A DNA stretch of 64,000 nucleotides, taken from assembly GCA_036172245.1 (NCBI GenBank), contig JAYWIR010000031.1:744001-808000 (forward strand), read 5' to 3'. Below, one piece after another: positions 61,612 to 64,000 of this stretch. The translations under genes and the position numbers were made by a program. Position 1 is the stretch's first letter, and each line of letters begins with the position of its first letter. The notes under the pieces are model-generated. The model was not told the DNA's origin. It ran no database searches and saw only the letters and a list, made by a program, of their open reading frames with translations. The DNA comes from Raillietiella orientalis (lineage: Eukaryota).

Positions 61612-63650
61612 GATATTTCGATTGATGGTATTGTACAAAAATGCAACATGAGGAATTATTCGTGTTTAGCACATGTATATGCTGTAGTGATTGGGGAATT
61701 GACTTGTTTTTTGCATGCTGCGCGTGAATTGAATCTTGTGTTTTGTTCCGTAGCTGCGTTATTAGTGCCTAGCTTCTCATCTTGGAAATTACGGGTGCTT
61801 GGGAATAATTTATGTTAATATATCCACTGTTCAGGTCGCTTCAAAACGGGAGTTTGAATGTGGATGTGTATCAGTGTGGCCTACCATGCAAAATAATATG
61901 AGCACTCCATTTAATTGTAAATTTATATGGCAAAGTGTGCTAGTTTTTTGTAATTTTTGATGAATACCGAAAATTAAGTTTTAGTAGCAAAATGTATGAA
62001 GTTCAAGTTGCTAATAAATGTCTATAGTAAGTATGATTTTTGATTACTTTATCGTTTACATGTTGTAATGTGTTTGGTAACAAAAAAACCTGATGTATTT
62101 GAAACAATATTGCCAGGAACGGAAATTCAAAAAAAAAAGAAGTTTGTAGGGCGTGTTCTGAATTCGCCAGAATCGTAGTTTTATCACCAAAAACCGTAAT
62201 CATAACGTTTGTTATGCTGTCTGTATTATCCGTTCCTGTCTTGCAAACGGTAATCCACGACCAAACAGTAATGGATGATGGTGGATCATCGCTTTGTCAA
62301 AATTTCTGTCAAAAATTTTAAATGAAAACAAACTTGATTCTTGGTTGCAACTTTGATTTCTTTTTTGGAATGAATTTTTTTTTTTTTATTATTGCATGTA
62401 ATTATCCCTGTTTACTATTGATGTCTTTGCCCAGTAGATCAGATGGAGTGTTTTTCTTGCTTATGAGTTTATTAAAAATCTAATCCTTATAACATCCATA
62501 GCATGGGATCCGTGAGCCAATCTGCTAAACTTCATAACCAAAAAAGAGTTCAGTAATATTTTATTTCAGCTTTGGGTGGCGTATATTTTCGATATTTTCT
62601 AATTGAAACCTCTTTTCATGTCTATATATATATATCACTTCCTTAAGTGCATCTTTGTTTATGTTTTAAATCTATATTTCCATCTTTTCTTTGGCTTATG
62701 TATAGTAAATGAGTTTTGGCAATAGTCCTTGCAATCTTAACATAGTTTGTTTAGATGGAATTTAGAAATGATTGTTTGAAAGTTCTTTATGAGATGAGAG
62801 AAATGGTAAGCTTGAGGAATTTGATTTTCTGAAAGTATGCAAAGTTTAAAAGGTTCACTTAGAATTAGTGCTTTGCATTTACTTTAGAAAATTCATTTCA
62901 CATTTTTACAGTTATACAGCTGTTCATTTATTATGATTCAAATCTTGATAGGTAGTATTTGCAGCATTACAGAGATGATTATATTTCGCGTTTAATTAAT
63001 TCGAGATTTTATGGAATATCCAATTTCACTTTCCTTTTGTGATTATTTTATGGTATTTTTGTAGATTATAGAATATGCTTATATAAGCTTTGGGGAAAAT
63101 AATGTCACCCGTATTTGCTAATAAGCATTATATGCGACTACTGTATTGGTACCGAACACAATTAAAAGTAATGTATTAATGCTAAAAAATTCTCTAGAAA
63201 TCATCTTGTGTGAGTTAAATGTATTTTATTTGTATACATTTGCAAGTTTGGTGTTCTGTGTTTCTTTGCATTCTTTATGTATTCTATTATTTTGTTGTAA
63301 AACGGTTTTTAAAATTTCAATTTTCATAGATTTTTACTTTTGTTGTAAATGTAAAAAGTGATTGGTTATACGTGGATTGCAAACAAAAGTGTTTGTCATT
63401 TGTATGTTCAGTAATGTTTAGCAATGCTTAAATGTTATTCCACATATCTCGCTCCCTGATTTTGTCTCCATGATTTCACTGTATGTTCTTGGTTTTGTTT
63501 CCAGTGATCTTATCTTTATTTATCTTGTTAATGCTTGATTTTGTCATAGTTTGGTGTTGGATATCTCTACAACCTGTGATATGATGTTCCTGTGGGCTCC
63601 TGTGAAATACATGATTACATCAATTGTGTTTCTGCCATCAGTATTTTAAG

Positions 63651-64000
63651 ATGAATAGTTCCCAAATTTCAAGAATGGGTACTACGTTTCCTTGTTGTGT
63701 CTGCAATAGTATTATAGAACTTAGCAATGAGTTGGAGTTGCATCCACTTCTCAATTTGCATACCTGCCTTCCAGGAAGCATGGAATCTGTTAAAAAAAAA
63801 GTCATATCATTGTTCAGCAATGTTGATGTTACATTTGCCAGTGAAGTCATTTGTTCTTGTTGTTTCAATCTTCTGTCCAAGATTGATCAGCTGGAGCAGA
63901 AATTATTGACTGCTAGAGATGACTTCATTAACAAGTTCAATGATACTTTGTATTCCAATGGGCTTCAACCTTTGATTGTTGCTCTGGATATAGACAAATA
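63651..64000 (+). CDS. ZAD (zf-AD) domain protein, probably a ZAD-C2H2 transcription factor; 5' part only, runs off the window
   Basis: Open frame MNSSQISRMGTTFPCCVCNSII..SMESVKKKVISLFSNVDVTFASEVICSCCFNLLSKIDQLEQKLLTARDDFINKFNDTLYSNGLQPLIVALDIDK. It has an N-terminal CxxC, then ICxxC ~50 residues later followed by a long amphipathic helix, the zf-AD signature. No stop before the window end. Confidence 0.85.
   Translation, partial: MNSSQISRMGTTFPCCVCNSIIELSNELELHPLLNLHTCLPGSMESVKKKVISLFSNVDVTFASEVICSCCFNLLSKIDQLEQKLLTARDDFINKFNDTLYSNGLQPLIVALDIDK

Overview
Eukaryotic genomic DNA, most likely arthropod (inferred from a ZAD-domain gene, an invertebrate-type Myb C-terminus, and Utopia/NeSL and Tigger/pogo elements). 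No prokaryotic features or CRISPR array were found. The only gene that looks intact is the 5' end of a ZAD (zf-AD) gene at the right edge. Its ORF (63651 to the window end) is missing from the supplied ORF track because it has no stop, and it has a probable promoter and non-coding first exon near 61.55 kb. The preceding ~61 kb is mostly decayed material: a dead Utopia-like non-LTR retrotransposon, a Tigger-like transposase relic, and pseudogene fragments of Myb, a C2H2 zinc-finger gene and probably a Mab-21/cGAS-like gene. It also holds five copies of an unusual ~0.7-0.9 kb tRNA-headed SINE whose body is a tandem array of UUCG-type hairpins. From ~28 to 56 kb there is a patchwork of inverted and direct duplications of an unrecognised ORF family, including a 454-bp near-perfect inverted repeat interlocked with a second inverted repeat that carries RFX X-box palindromes. 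All alignments were made by eye; no searches were run.
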